Shown: positions 35,064 through 47,508 of the stretch, one piece after another
Layout of the letters: each line of letters starts with the position of its first letter
Numbering within the stretch: position 1 is the stretch's first letter
Origin: Lophium mytilinum
Lineage: Eukaryota
DNA: 64,000 nucleotides
Direction: 5' to 3'
NCBI GenBank assembly: GCA_010093605.1
Contig: MU004191.1
Span: 480,816 to 544,815 of the forward strand
Notes under the pieces: model-generated
The model's database searches: none
Seen by the model: only the letters and a program-made list of their open reading frames with translations
Told to the model about the DNA's origin: nothing
Translations under genes and position numbers: made by a program

Positions 35064-37005
35064 TCACTCTTTTTCGGCACTAATCCTCCCCACACCCGTC
35101 ATCGACAGCCTCCTCTCCTCCTCAAAAAGAGCCTTCGGTCCCACATAACCCCTCTTACTCTTCCAAATCCACCAAAGCCCCACAAAGATCGTCACCCCGC
35201 CGGTGATAAGACAGGAGTAATTCATGCTAACCGCACTGACCGGCAGCGAATACGGAAAGCAGAAGATAACCACAAAGACGACGATATACGCGCTAGCAAC
35301 CCCCAGAACCACGTACGCAACCGAATCCGGCATCCAAAACGGGCCCGGCACAACATTTGCGCGGCGGGTCAGCGCGTGGGGAAGGATGGCGGCGAGGTAC
35401 GAGAGCGTGGATAGGACGACGAAAGACCCAACGAAGGCGTTGAAGGCTGTAGAGTTGCCTACGTAGATGCAGCCCAGGACCGTGCAGATGCAACCGCAGA
35501 CTAGTGTTGCGTTGAACGGGTTCTTATGGGTCGGGGAAATGCGTCCAACGAACCCGCTGAACGGCGTCGCGTCGTCACGCGCAAGTGTCCAGAGCATGCG
35601 GCCTGAAGTGATGTAGGTGCCTATGCAGGTGCACATTGTGGGGAAGAAGATGACGAGAAGGAGCCCCAGTGAACCGCCGCGGGTCGTGGTGGCCTGGCGG
35701 TAGACTTCGGCGAGGGGGAATGTGTAGGGGGCGCTCAGTATAGAGTCGAGATCGCCGATAGCGTAAAAGATGGCGATCATGTAGAAGAAGGCTGTGACTA
35801 GGCCGACAACCATTTGAGCGGCAATGGCCTTTGGAATGTTGACTCTTGGATGCGGTAGCTCTTCGGCGAGATGGGTGACACAGTCTGGTGTGCCGACGGC
35901 GTAAGCACCGTTGAGCATTCCCGCAAGGAAGACAAATCCGTCGCTGGTATAGCCGGTCTGGTTTGACCAGTCGCGCCAGACGAAGGCAGATGGGGCGTGG
36001 CCGGTTCCTTTTGTGCTGGGCATGATGGCGCAGACGAGAATAGTGATAAGGACGCCAGCAATAATGAAGAAGAGGCCAACGTTCGATATGTATGGAAGAG
36101 CGCGGTTGGCGAAGAGTACGGTTGCGCAACATAGCCAAGTCACAATAAGGTACGTGACGAAGACGTGCCACCGCTCGGGAACATATTCGGGGTGGAAAAG
36201 GCCCCACATACTGGTGAGCTGGTTTGAAATGATGAGAGACATGGAAGCGCTTCCAAAGATCCAGGCGCAGGCATTCCACCTATGTAGATCAGTCAGATGA
36301 ACGACCTTGACTGATAACGGTAGTATCAGAAGGAATGAATAGAGAGCCCCCGCTGTCTCGAATGAGAATTGGTCGTTAGAGGGCCTGACACAGAAGCTAC
36401 AAGGGTTCGTTCGATGACTTCGACATTTCAAGCTGTGTTCCGAAAGACTACGATACGAAGTAACTGCACCGATAAAGAAAGAGTATTGAAAAACATCACT
36501 CACCATCCAGCAAACCAGCTGGCTGCTCGCCCATACTTCGGTCCCGCAGTAATCGAAGCAAAGTGATACACACCACCGGAAGATGGAATGGCAGACGACA
36601 ACTCAGCAATGCACGCTGCGATGAGCCAGTAGAATAAAGATACGGCGAGGCTGTGAACCCCTTATCAACATATGCTAATGATCGACTCTCTGAAGTTACT
36701 CACAACTCGTATATCACGCCTGGTGGACCGCCGTTGTATATAGCTATAACCTTTCTACATATTAGAACTGTATAATAAGAAGTATTTCGCGATCAAGAAT
36801 AGGGATTGAAACTCACGATACTCCCACCAAGAGCCGCCCACGTATTGCCAGTGCAGATGCCCACGGCGCAGATACTTAGTAAGCTGAAGTTCCGATCCAG
36901 CTCCTGTGCGTGTCCAGAGGCATTGACGACTTCGCCTACGCCCACAACTCCTGCTTCTTCGGCAACATACTCAGGCGTTGTACCGGCTTCCTTGTTCTTC
37001 TCCAT
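35064..37005 (-). CDS. APC-family amino acid/choline/GABA permease (Hnm1/Uga4-like), multi-exon
   Basis: ELDRNFSLLS, GGPPG, AELSSAIPSSGGVYHF, GTPDCVTHLAEE, GRMLWTLARD, MNYS motifs; many TM segments; 4 introns, the last 36503-36280. Confidence 0.9.
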
Positions 37006-37915
37006 GCCGCTGACTCTCGTTGTGAGAATCCGATGAGACGACTGTTTGGAAATATAATTCTTCAATGTCGATACCCATACAAGAGACGCCGTGAGCTCGC
37101 GCGGTATGAAATGGCTCTGATGTGATAAGACGTGGTAGAAAGAGATGTTTTCTAGGGCCTACGTGCTTGGGCTGGTATGACGAGACGCAGAATGAGAAAC
37201 ACAGCGCAGCAAGGCCTACATATGCTCAACTCGAATTACATAGGGCCACCTACAATCTACCACTAGGATGTGGACGCGGGGGCGGCATCATACCGTTGTC
37301 TGGCGTATCGATCGTATGCAGCAGGAAATCCCGAGAGGGCGGAGAACAGGCGTTTCATACTGATAAGAGAGGTGTTGTGATATCAAGTAGGATACCAGGT
37401 GGCTCTGACGTTAATCTATTGGCAATGGACGGGGCCTTGCATGGGTTGGGATACAGTGTAATGGCTGTGCGTAATGGAAGAAGTGCCGAGTTCTGATATG
37501 CCGGGTTTGAGATCTGACGTCCGTGAGCTTGATTAGAGCTAAGACTAAGGTTGGTTTTACACTAAATGTAGTTTGTCATTCAAAAGGACGACGGTATCTT
37601 GGTACTCATTACTACTTTATACAAGTGCTACCCGTATTCAGGCTTTGGAGTCATGCGATTGCATGTAGTGTTCAAATTTGAACATTTGTATTTCGAGTAG
37701 CTCTCAATGCCCTACCATACACCCACCGGCACGCCGATGCGCCAAATTTTAATACAGTTGTAGCTAGAAGTCAAAATCGTACCTGTAAAACCCCGATGAT
37801 GCTGTTATGAGAGCCTCTCCATTATCAGCGTCCCCATTCTCCCCCAAAAGTGGTCCAACCTAGCGCGAGCCAGTGATTTCTATGCGTCAATTTCATGCCA
37901 CTCGTTCCGCCGCTT

Positions 37916-38780
37916 TCAAACCGTCCGCATCTCGGTATTGCCCTCCTCGACCTCGACCTCGCCAATCTTTCGTTTCGCGGGAGTCGTCGTCTCACCAGCC
38001 TCATCATCGGCATCGCCTTCTGTCCACTCCACTACCTCCCACTCCACCCTCACGCTCCCATCCCTAGACACATGTCCACCTTTCTGCTTCTTGAACTTCC
38101 CCAGCCTCGTATCCTCCACCAGCTCCTCAAACCAGGGTGTACCTCTAGCCCGTTCTGCTTGCACCACTGTCCTCTCGCCTTGCCCTTGACCACCTATCAC
38201 ACCCACCGCCTCCTCATCGCTGCTATCTCCGGGTAGGTACCCCAGCTCGCCCAGTACCTCCTGGTCCTCGTCCAGCAGACTGCCCACTGTAAGCAGGATA
38301 TGCTCTGCGTCCTCACGGGTGCGCTCGTGCCAGCTCGTCAGCTGCGTGCCGCAGTAGCCGCAAAACTGACGACGAGAGTGCGCGCTCGAGAAGGGCGATG
38401 TGAAGGTACGTTGGATGCTTGTGTGAGTCTCGTCGGGGAATTGTGCAAAGGTAGCACTATGGAACCAGGAAAGAGGGACGCGGAGCCATAGTGTGAGCGG
38501 ACTGGCTTGTTGGTGGCCTGATGGTCGCACGTTAGCCGATTGATGCTATGAAAAGTCTGCAGACCTGGCCGGAGCTCTGAGACATGATACGGGGAGCTCG
38601 GTGTGCTTCATAATGGGCATTGTCATGGCTTAGGAGGTTTTTGGTTTGGAGGGACTGGAACTTACGGGACGCGCTGCTGTTGTCGTATCTCAATTCCGCA
38701 AGCTGGGCGGATTGCGCCGGAATCTCGACGATGAAGCGAAACCGCCCACAGCCGCAAGACCCTCGAAGGGCGCGATCCAT
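37916..38780 (-). CDS. GFA/CENP-V-like (Mss4-like) protein, 2 exons
   Basis: LRGSCGCG N-terminus and RQFCGYCGTQL motif; intron 38665-38518 joins SSAS|RHQQASPLTLWLRVP in frame. Confidence 0.8.
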
Positions 38781-39898
38781 GGTTCTGGTCGAGGTGGTGT
38801 GACGATCAATGTGAGGTCAATGTAAGTGAGGCGGGTGGACCGGTTGAGCGAGGGGAAGAAGTTGAGGTCGTCGGAAGCACCCGGATTTGTGTAAATGATG
38901 TAGTTGTGAAGGAGGGACTAGCGCGGAGGGGTCGCGATGGAGGTGAATCAGTTCGGAGGTGCTGGAAGTTTCGCTGATTTGTTACGCGTCTCAAAATTGG
39001 TGCAGGGGCCACTTTGATCGACCCGCGTGGACGCATTCAGCAAGCGTTAAGGTTCAAGAAGTGGAATTAGCTGCTTATGAGCAATAAATCAGTGAGAGAG
39101 GTAAGAAACGAAAACACTGAGGGCTTGAAGACTTATAAACCGTGTAATGGAGAAACTTAATAATCCGCTCACGTAGAGGACAATTGGTCAAAGCCTGCAG
39201 ATTCGTGACAGCACTGGAACGTCACTTCTATTAGAAAGTACTAGCTCACTAAATTACTACTACTCCACACACTATGTAAGAAAGGCTGGTACCTTGAAGT
39301 AATGAGTTAATAATGAACCGCAGTATGAAAATGTTTCAATTGAGCTCTTAACCGTATTGCATCTCGCCTACTTTTCTACTGACGTACGTACCAAGTAGCG
39401 GAGGTAGTGGACAGTAAAGTTTTTTTATCTCGACGCTATTCTATACCTTCACGATCCCTTACAGCGCAATAGTGATACCAGTAACTTACCAGTAAAGAAC
39501 CAAAAGTTTAGCAAAGCATGACTCCCCTACCACACGAAAGCCTAGCCGTCAACGACGCGAATGAAGCATTGTCGGCACAAATATCTCACTACTCGGACTG
39601 CCCTCTTATTCGCCCTATACACTATAATGAGCATTCTAGCTGGCAGGTAGTCCATGACATCCCGAGGGTGATTAGGAACTCCGCGAACGATTGGAAAATC
39701 TGGACATGTGTATAAATTTGTCCACAAAGTAAAACAGCGGTCACCAGGGAGGGAACGAAGATGAAATTAAATGTTTCTCTAGCACCAAGGCATATGTACA
39801 TCGAGACCAAGACTCTTTAGCAGCCCTGCTGCGCTCTGAAGCAAGCAGTCTACACAAAAGAAACGCAGTGACACTCCATCGGCCGCTAATCCGAACGC

Positions 39899-42084
39899 TT
39901 AGAAATTCATTATATCTGCAGTTCTCGTTAGCATCATGAACACACGTATCATTGGGTCCCGTCTTCAACTCACCTCTACCGAAAAGCGCCCGCTTCGTCC
40001 AGTCCATTGCCAACAATATCCTCGTCCTCAGACTAACGCTTTGTGCAAAGTACACGCTTCGCCATAGATACACAGCAATGAGCCCACCGCCGAAGTTGAA
40101 TCCTTTGAAACCAGTATCGAAAACGGCAGCATTCCCAACATAGGCCAAGCTACCAAGGTGCTTGTACTCGAAAGCCTTGTAGACTGCGTCGTCCAAATCG
40201 CCGTAATTCATTTCGTTCAGCTTCATCCCTGGCGCGGCTTGCGCTAGTTTGCTGAACTTCTTGCCTAGATATTGACCCTGCTGGTGGGCGCGTTGAGCCG
40301 TTGCAGGGAGAGACGTGAGCTTGGAATCGATTTGCATGAGGAGTTCGCGGAGCTCGCCGAAATCAAGCGTGCCGCTCTGGTCTTTGTCGTAAACTGCGAA
40401 GAGCCTGTCGAGGCGTCGTAGATGGTCAGCAGCTTGTGGGAACCGTGACTTCACGCGTTTAGCCACAGCGCGCCAGTCGTTGTATGTTATGGCCATCTCT
40501 TCGGGATTCTTGCCTTTCTCCCAGGCTAATGTGCGTAGGAACGTGACGATGTGGTCCGAGATGTTGTTTTGCACGGTGCTACAATCACCGATGGCATAGA
40601 CATCGCCGAGGGGGGACCCGGCTAGACGAAGATGGGTGTCAGTCTCGAGGGCATGCTTGTTGTTTTGACCATCTAATTTCCCGGCTAAGCGTTGACAAAA
40701 TTCGGTTTGGGACACACCAGTTGACCAAAGACAGAATCCCATCGGTAGTTCCTTCGTGACTATTTTGCCTTCCTCGTTCTTTTGCGAGAACAAGATCTTG
40801 TTTTCTTGTACCTCTTTGACGCGCGCATTGGTAAGGATGTCGACTTCATCGTGAGCGAAATGTTTTTCGGCGTATTCAGATAAAGCCTCATCATAAGTGT
40901 TGAGAATGTGGCCTCGACTCTGGATTACGTGAACAGAGATCTCATTGCGAAGAATCTTGGGAAAGTAATGCGACAAGTCCTCGTTGAGCATGTCGAAAAG
41001 CTCCGCAGCGAACTCTACACCCGTCGGCCCTCCGCCACATACTACGAATGATAACAAACGTCGTCGTTCTTCGTCGGAAGTTGTGGGAAGACACGCGCTT
41101 TCAAGGTTTCGGACTACGGCGTTTCGTATGAGGCGAGCGTCGCTGATGTCTTTGAGAAAGTGGCAATATTCAAGGCCTTTGACACCGTGCGGGTTGGTAA
41201 CGGAGCCTGGCCCTATTAGTACGAGAGCTTCTAAAAGATGAAGTCTTGCGCTTACCAACTCCAATGATGAGTTTGTCGTAGGGCAGATAGAAATGCTGCT
41301 TCGTTCCGTCCGGGCCAATGGCAGAGACTTCAACCAACTTTGCAGCCATGTCCACGTCCTCAGCCATTGCCTTCAAGAAGTGGCCGTGAACCTTGCGCAC
41401 TATCCTTCTGATTGGCTCTACCAAAGATCGAAGTTCCAATGTGCCCACAGTAGCGGATGGTAGCATGGGGGTGAAGAGGAAGTGATTTGAGGGCGAAACT
41501 ACAACGACATGATAGTCGTTGGGGTTCAGCGTCTTCAAAAGCGCTACACTTCCCCAGCCAGTACCGAGTATAACCAGCTTTGGCTTGTGTTTTTGGCCTA
41601 TCATCTCTGGGCAGTCATCGTCATCCACAAAATGCTCTGCGATAGGGAGATTTTTAGGCCCGCCTCTTCTTGGATGGAGGGCATACTCAGAGACGGGGAT
41701 GTCCTCTGCCGCGGGGTCTTCCTTATATGTGGTGGCGTCGTAGATGAAGAAAGCCACAACGAATCCACCACTTATCGCAACGAAGAATCCAAAAGCAGCG
41801 GCAGTCCGGTAGATAAGTCGTAGAAATCGGGATCTAGGTTGTGGTAGAGGTTTTGTTGTCACGGATCGGGAGAAGAATGTGCTTCCAAGCTTCCAATTGA
41901 GGGCGGTGCGAAGCTTGGTGGAGGGTGTGGGGAGAGGACGCTTTGGGGTCTCTGGGGGCCCTCCATTGCTACAGGATAACCGCACGGACAAGACAGAGCC
42001 GGTGCTTCTCAAGTTCCTAGTGTTCCTGAATGCTGATCGTGCTGGAGAGCGAGTGGACAGGCGAACCGACTGCCGTAGCAGCAT
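39899..42084 (-). CDS. Mitochondrial type II NADH dehydrogenase with EF-hand (Neurospora NDE1-like), 3 exons
   Basis: ILGTGWG, FLFTPMLPS, CGGGPTGVEFAAE, AIGDC, PATAQRAHQQG, YKHLGSLAYVG; EF-hand loop DKDQSGTLDFGEL; ends FGRDIMNF*. Confidence 0.93.
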
Positions 42085-43235
42085 CGCGAGCTGAGGAAGC
42101 GCGGACGCGCTCGCTCTATCTTACGAGGAGGAGGTTCGTGGCAATTGGAGAGACGCGAGCTCGGGCGGGCGCTGCTATATCATGGAAGGCAGTGTATCGA
42201 TATTCAGGGAATGCCTGGTGTCGAGGAAGCAAAGTGCCACAGTGCGAGACGCGGAAGCAGTTCCACTGCTGTGGATCCGCACTTGGGCAGGGAAGTGACG
42301 TAGCTTGGCGAAACTTCACCACCTGCACGACCTAGTATCCGGATCTTCCGTAGTCTATTCCCTCAATATCCTTATGCTTCTTTGACATCTCATGCTCAGT
42401 GACAGCCCTTCTCAACCCAGCAGAAGTGAATTTTTAGATTCCTCACTTTCTTATCGGTGGTTCACGATGAGAATTGCTTTTGCATAGTCTGCCCGCTGCA
42501 GTTCGTCTTCATTTGACGCTAATGTGAGCGATTGTCTAGATCACGTTAGATTATAGCGGGCCCGCCGAAAGCTTCGATAACACCAGATCTCTACCAAGAT
42601 CTAGGGTGGTGTCCCTGTCACCATGTCTTCTAGGTAGTACCAAGTATACTTATTCAACGTCTAATCTACGTATGAGCACCCTATGCCAGAACTGCCCGTC
42701 ACAGTTTTGACAACACAATTCTCTCATATTCTGGTTGAGGCAATGCGTTAATCATACCACCTCTCACTTGCGTAGGGTGATTCGGTCGCCGAGCATTTTC
42801 CAAGCTCTTAGGAGATCGCACAATTGGGTCCCATGGAGAAAACGGAGTGAGCGCTGAGAGATAGAGAATTGTCGTAGGGGCGAGACAAGTATGATGTATT
42901 CAGAAATCTCGATGCGACTATATTGATGTTTCTTGTAACATTACTCAAGAATACACGTAGTGATAATGCCAAACGAGTGCTATGAATAGTGCCTTTCGAA
43001 CCAATAGGACTCCGTATAGTACAAATGCGCCGCTCCTGCACAATAGTCGGGAACTTTCAATTAGGTCATTACCACTCCCATGCAGTTCATCCCTCCATAG
43101 ACGTAACGCGCGACTTGACGTCGGCCTCCATCTTCCTCCAAAACGCTTTCCAACTCTTTCCCGTAGCTGTCCCTCGTTTCCTTTATTTCCTCTTCAAATT
43201 CCTGCGACATGCGCTTTTCCTACCATGCAACTCTG

Positions 43236-44261
43236 TTACCTCGACTCAGGTAGATCCGCTAGCCTTTGCCCAACGAGTTCCCTCGGAGGTGCTGGCGGCC
43301 CTGTCCCGCTTCTCCGCCGCCTCTCCCTCTCCATCACGCCCACAGGTTCTTGAAGGTTCTTCCTAAACTTCCCGCCCAGCCCGCGCATCCACTCTCCATC
43401 TTCATCAGCACCGAGCCAATATCTGGGCGCAAGCCCTAACATCCCACGGCCAAGTTTGCCCTGCCACCCAGAGCCCTCCTCGCGACCTTCAGCAAACGGG
43501 TTCTCCGCCATGTTGTTGCTTGTGTTCTCGCCTGAACTCCATGCTGCTGAAGACGTAGTTGCAACATGCTGCCTTAGCGCTTGCCGCGCAAACGCGAGCA
43601 TCACGAAGACGAAGTACGTGCGCAGCGCCCAGAAGAAGCATATGAGCGCGATGCTCATAATGCTGCCGCTCTGGAAGACGGCGTTTCCAAGGCCTGCGTT
43701 GCCACCCTTCCCGACAGCGATGGCGTCCTGTCCGCTGGCGAGCCCAGCCGCCGGCTCCGCGAGCACCTCCACGGAGCTGACGTTGTACTTCGGGTTGGTG
43801 AAACCGGCGGTGGCATTAATACCGGGAGCACCGGGTGCCGTGGCTTCCTCATCCGGATGCGCGGCGAGGACGTAGAACCAGGCGACGCCAAATGCAGCGG
43901 TGTAGAGGGCGTTGATGACGCTGTCGAAGGCGTAGAGATGCGCGAGAGCGAGACACTGTAGTGGCGAGCCACGGCGGATGTGGGGGTATAGATATGTAGA
44001 TGCGATGAGGGCGAGCAGCGAGTAGAGGTACATCGAGAATTGGAGGGGCGAGAGCGGCGCGCCTGTTAGCAGCGCGAGAATGCCATACAGGCCGCTGACT
44101 TTGTTGATGAGCTGGAGGAAGGTGATAATTTCGGCGCCGGTGCGGAGAGACATTGCCCGGAGGAAGGTCTGGAGGTTTGTTTAGTGAGCTGCTGATAGCG
44201 GAAAAGGGAGCACTTTGCTTACCCTAGGACGAGGGATGTCGAAGAGATGGAGAGGCGCCAT
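43236..44261 (-). CDS. KEI1: Inositol phosphorylceramide synthase regulatory subunit, 2 exons
   Basis: MAPLHLFDIPRPR|TFLRAMSLRTGAE, INKVSGLYGILA, QFSMYLYS motifs; multiple TM segments. Confidence 0.88.
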
Positions 44262-44881
44262 GGTTATGTTGTGCGGGTGATGCCCCGCGACGCCTTGGAT
44301 ATGTGTATGTCGGGATAGGCTGCTTTTCTGCCGTATCTGCGTGTTGTCTAAGGTGTAAAGAAGAGGCGTGGTTGATGAGGGTTGCCGGCGGAAGCGCTCG
44401 GGAGATTGGAGATTTCCAAGGTTGAGATTTGGTACAATAGCGTCTATCCAATCGAAGGCGCTCACGTGCTCGGTGTCAAACGAAACGTCACTCCACCATA
44501 CTAACTATAGATTACCTCCAAGACAGCAGCGGTATATGTTACAGAGGCCTCAACCCGACTTCATTCACAGTGTAGCCATGAACCTGGCCTGAACACGCGC
44601 TGATTTGAAAGCCGCGCAACCTGCCTCAGCCACCACTACGCCGCCTATGAATTCCATCATTGAGGTGCTGTGGCGCAAGATCACAGAGGTTTAGGGATTC
44701 CCAAAACCTCTACATTCTTAGTGACGGGACAGGCGTTTTGGAGCATATCTTTTATAAAAAGAGATATTAGAGAGCGATGTGGCGACAAAAAAATAGTCTA
44801 TAAGTTGTGATCACGTGAGTAGAGCACCAGGACTAGACAGCTTACGCTAGTTAGTCAGCGAGTCATATCATTTTAACGCTT

Positions 44882-45031
44882 GGCGTGTCATTCGCCGAGG
44901 CTCGACTATTCTGCTTAGCTGAAATGACTAATACAATTCGATAATAACTTAGTCATCCAAGCTAAGCAGAATAGTCGAGCCTCAACGGATGACATGCCGA
45001 CTATTTTGCTTAGCTCAGATGACTAAGTTAT
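44882..45031. repeat. Three-arm inverted repeat (foldback)
   Basis: Arm 1 44882-44931 is the reverse complement of arm 2 44949-44998 (core agctaagcagaatagtcgagcctc exact); arm 3 44998-45031 is inverted to arm 2 and direct to arm 1. Confidence 0.9.
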
Positions 45032-45155
45032 CATTTCCCGCTGCTTGTGGTGCTCTGATGCATTTTTGAAATAAAAATGAAACAGCCACTCTCAGCTTCG
45101 GGGTACGTAAGAACTTGTTTAACGTTCTAAGCAGTAGCAGACAGGTGCTCTTAGT

Positions 45156-45375
45156 AGTAGCAGACATGCGCACCTACACACCTGCTAGATAACGAGACAA
45201 CGTGGTAGACTGGCAATAGAAATTGTCAGTCTACGGGTTCGTGAGGTATAGCCATTGTTTTTGTGCTTGTATGTCCTTGTTTAGCATCGTTTGAGGTCCT
45301 CCAGTATGCCATTACTATATGTAACATACCAACTTCAGCAAGCCTAATTGCCTTCTAGGCCACCCAGGCAGTGTT
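45156..45375 (+). repeat. Dispersed repeat copy B (transposon relic), homologous to 15083-15296
   Basis: Same colinear blocks as copy A; its 5' motif agtagcagaca is locally duplicated at 45133. Confidence 0.8.
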
Positions 45376-46030
45376 TCCGGCCTAGCGTGAGTAGCTAAGC
45401 GAAGATTGCTACTAGGTACTCACTACGCAGTAAGTAAAAACGCACTTTGCCTATGGTAACCATTTCATTAAGCACTCTCTAGAACCAGTAAAATCACGCC
45501 CTAGTGGTAAGAACTAAAGGACATAAAGAGAAAATGTGAGCTCGCTCGTTGGGCCTCCCATTTTCGCGTCAGAAAATTAAACCGAGATTGAACCCCGGAC
45601 CACGGCAGTTCGACCAAAATGAATGGTCTCACCCTGCCCTGCATCATGACCATCGATTAACGCAACATCAAACGGTATTCCAAAGTTTTCTGATCTGGGA
45701 GAAGATATATTTGATAGATGCCCAAACGGAGCCAAGATCACGTGCACTCTCGATTCACGAAATAATGACGTCCGCGTTCAGCCACCCAGAATTCCCAGCT
45801 TGTTGCATGTGACGCTCCACCTTAGACGGCTACTGACGCTGACCCTTTGCCTCTGGCCCGGGGGGAGCGGAGCGGCTATCTTTATGAGTGGCTGCTGCAT
45901 CTTCGAACCTCGGTCGTTGCAGTAACCCGCATCCAAGCGACATCGCCTTTCTCTTCCCTGCTCTCCACCACCGCTGTTTACAGAACTTTTGCAGCCTTCA
46001 ATTTCGAGATTCTCGACAGCGTGATTCACC

Positions 46031-47508
46031 ATGGCATCCATCGCAAAGGCTCTCCGGCCACTGGCACGCGTCGCCGCCTCTTCATCACGACCTTCTAGGA
46101 CCGCATTCTCAAAGCCCACCCCGCAGTATGACACTCTTTGAAAACCATTGAATCAGTACCCCAACTCTAACATTCTATGGCAATAGAATACGATGTCTCT
46201 CCACAACACAGCCGCGGCGAACAGTCGACATCACCGACATTCCACCCACACCTATAACGCACCTCTCCGAGACCGAGTCCCTCATGGCTGACTCGGTCAA
46301 CAAGTTCTCGAACGAAGTGATTCTGCCTAAAGTGCGGGAGATGGATGAGGCCGAGACCATGGACCCGGCCATTGTGGAACAACTGTTCGAGCAGGGACTC
46401 ATGGGGATCGAGATACCCGAGGAGTACGGTGGGGCGGGCATGAACTTCACGTCCGCGATTGTGGCGATTGAGGAGCTCGCACGGGTGGATCCCAGTGTGA
46501 GCGTCATGGCGGACGTACACAACACCTTATGCAATACGGCTATATTGAAGCACGGTAGCGAGGCGTTGAAGAAGAAGTGGCTGCCGCGGCTAGCGACAGA
46601 CACTGTTGGTGAGCATACCTCTGGGTAAGAGTACACCAGAAGCTCGACTAACCCTGTGTAGGATCCTTCTGTTTGTCGGAGCCGGTTTCCGGGTCTGATG
46701 CTTTCGCACTGGCCACCAAGGCTACGAGGACGGACACCGGGTATAAGATCAACGGAGGCAAGATGTGGATAACGAACAGCATGGAAGCTGGGTTCTTCAT
46801 CGTCTTCGCCAACTTAGACCCAAGCAAAAAGTACAAGGGCATTACGGCGTTTATTGTCGAGAAAGGCACACCTGGCTTCTCAATTGCCAAGAAGGAGAAG
46901 AAGCTCGGTATCAAGGCGAGCAGTACCTGCGTGATCAACTTTGACGATGTCGAGATTCCAAAGGAGAACCTTTTGGGCGAAGAGTTCCAAGGCTACAAGT
47001 ACGCAATTAGCTTGCTGAACGAGGGCCGCATCGGTATTGCTGCGCAGATGACTGGCCTAGCGCTAGGAGCTTTTGAGAACGCTGCTACGTAAGTCGTGTT
47101 TCCGTGGAATAGGCTGGAAGAACACTCGCTAATCTATCTAGCTATGTGTGGAATGACCGTAAGCAGTTCGGTCAATACATCGGAGAGTTCCAGGGCATGC
47201 AACACCAACTGGCGCAAGCGTGGACCGAGATCCAGGCGGCACGCGCTCTCGTCTTCAACGCGGCTCGGAAGAAGGAAGCCGGTGAAGACTTTGTCCAAGA
47301 CGCGGCCATGGCCAAGTTGTACGCTTCGCAAGTTGCTGGCAAAGTGTCGGGCCAAGCGGTCGAATGGATGGGCGGCATGGGCTTCGTCAGGGAGGGATTG
47401 GCGGAGAAGTATTTCAGGGACGCGAAGATTGGGGCCATCTATGAAGGCACAAGTAACATCCAATTGACGACAATTGCGAAGATGCTGCAAAAGACGTATA
47501 CGAGGTAG
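46031..47508 (+). CDS. Mitochondrial short/branched-chain acyl-CoA dehydrogenase, 4 exons
   Basis: Presequence MASIAKALRPLAR; GSFCLSEPVSGSDA, INGGKMWITN, KLGIKASST, LNEGRIGIAAQ, RKQFG, IYEGTSNIQ. Confidence 0.93.

Noticed and set aside
37480..37550. TPP-riboswitch-like words (TGAGA...CTTGAT) upstream of the permease
   Set aside because: Lacks the GATAAT.CCAGCG core and pairing, is not in an intron, and is on the strand opposite the permease
44560..44645. Minus-strand tRNA-like text with TTCAAA (possible UCA/Sec anticodon)
   Set aside because: No TTCRA T-loop, mismatched anticodon stem and no consistent acceptor stem
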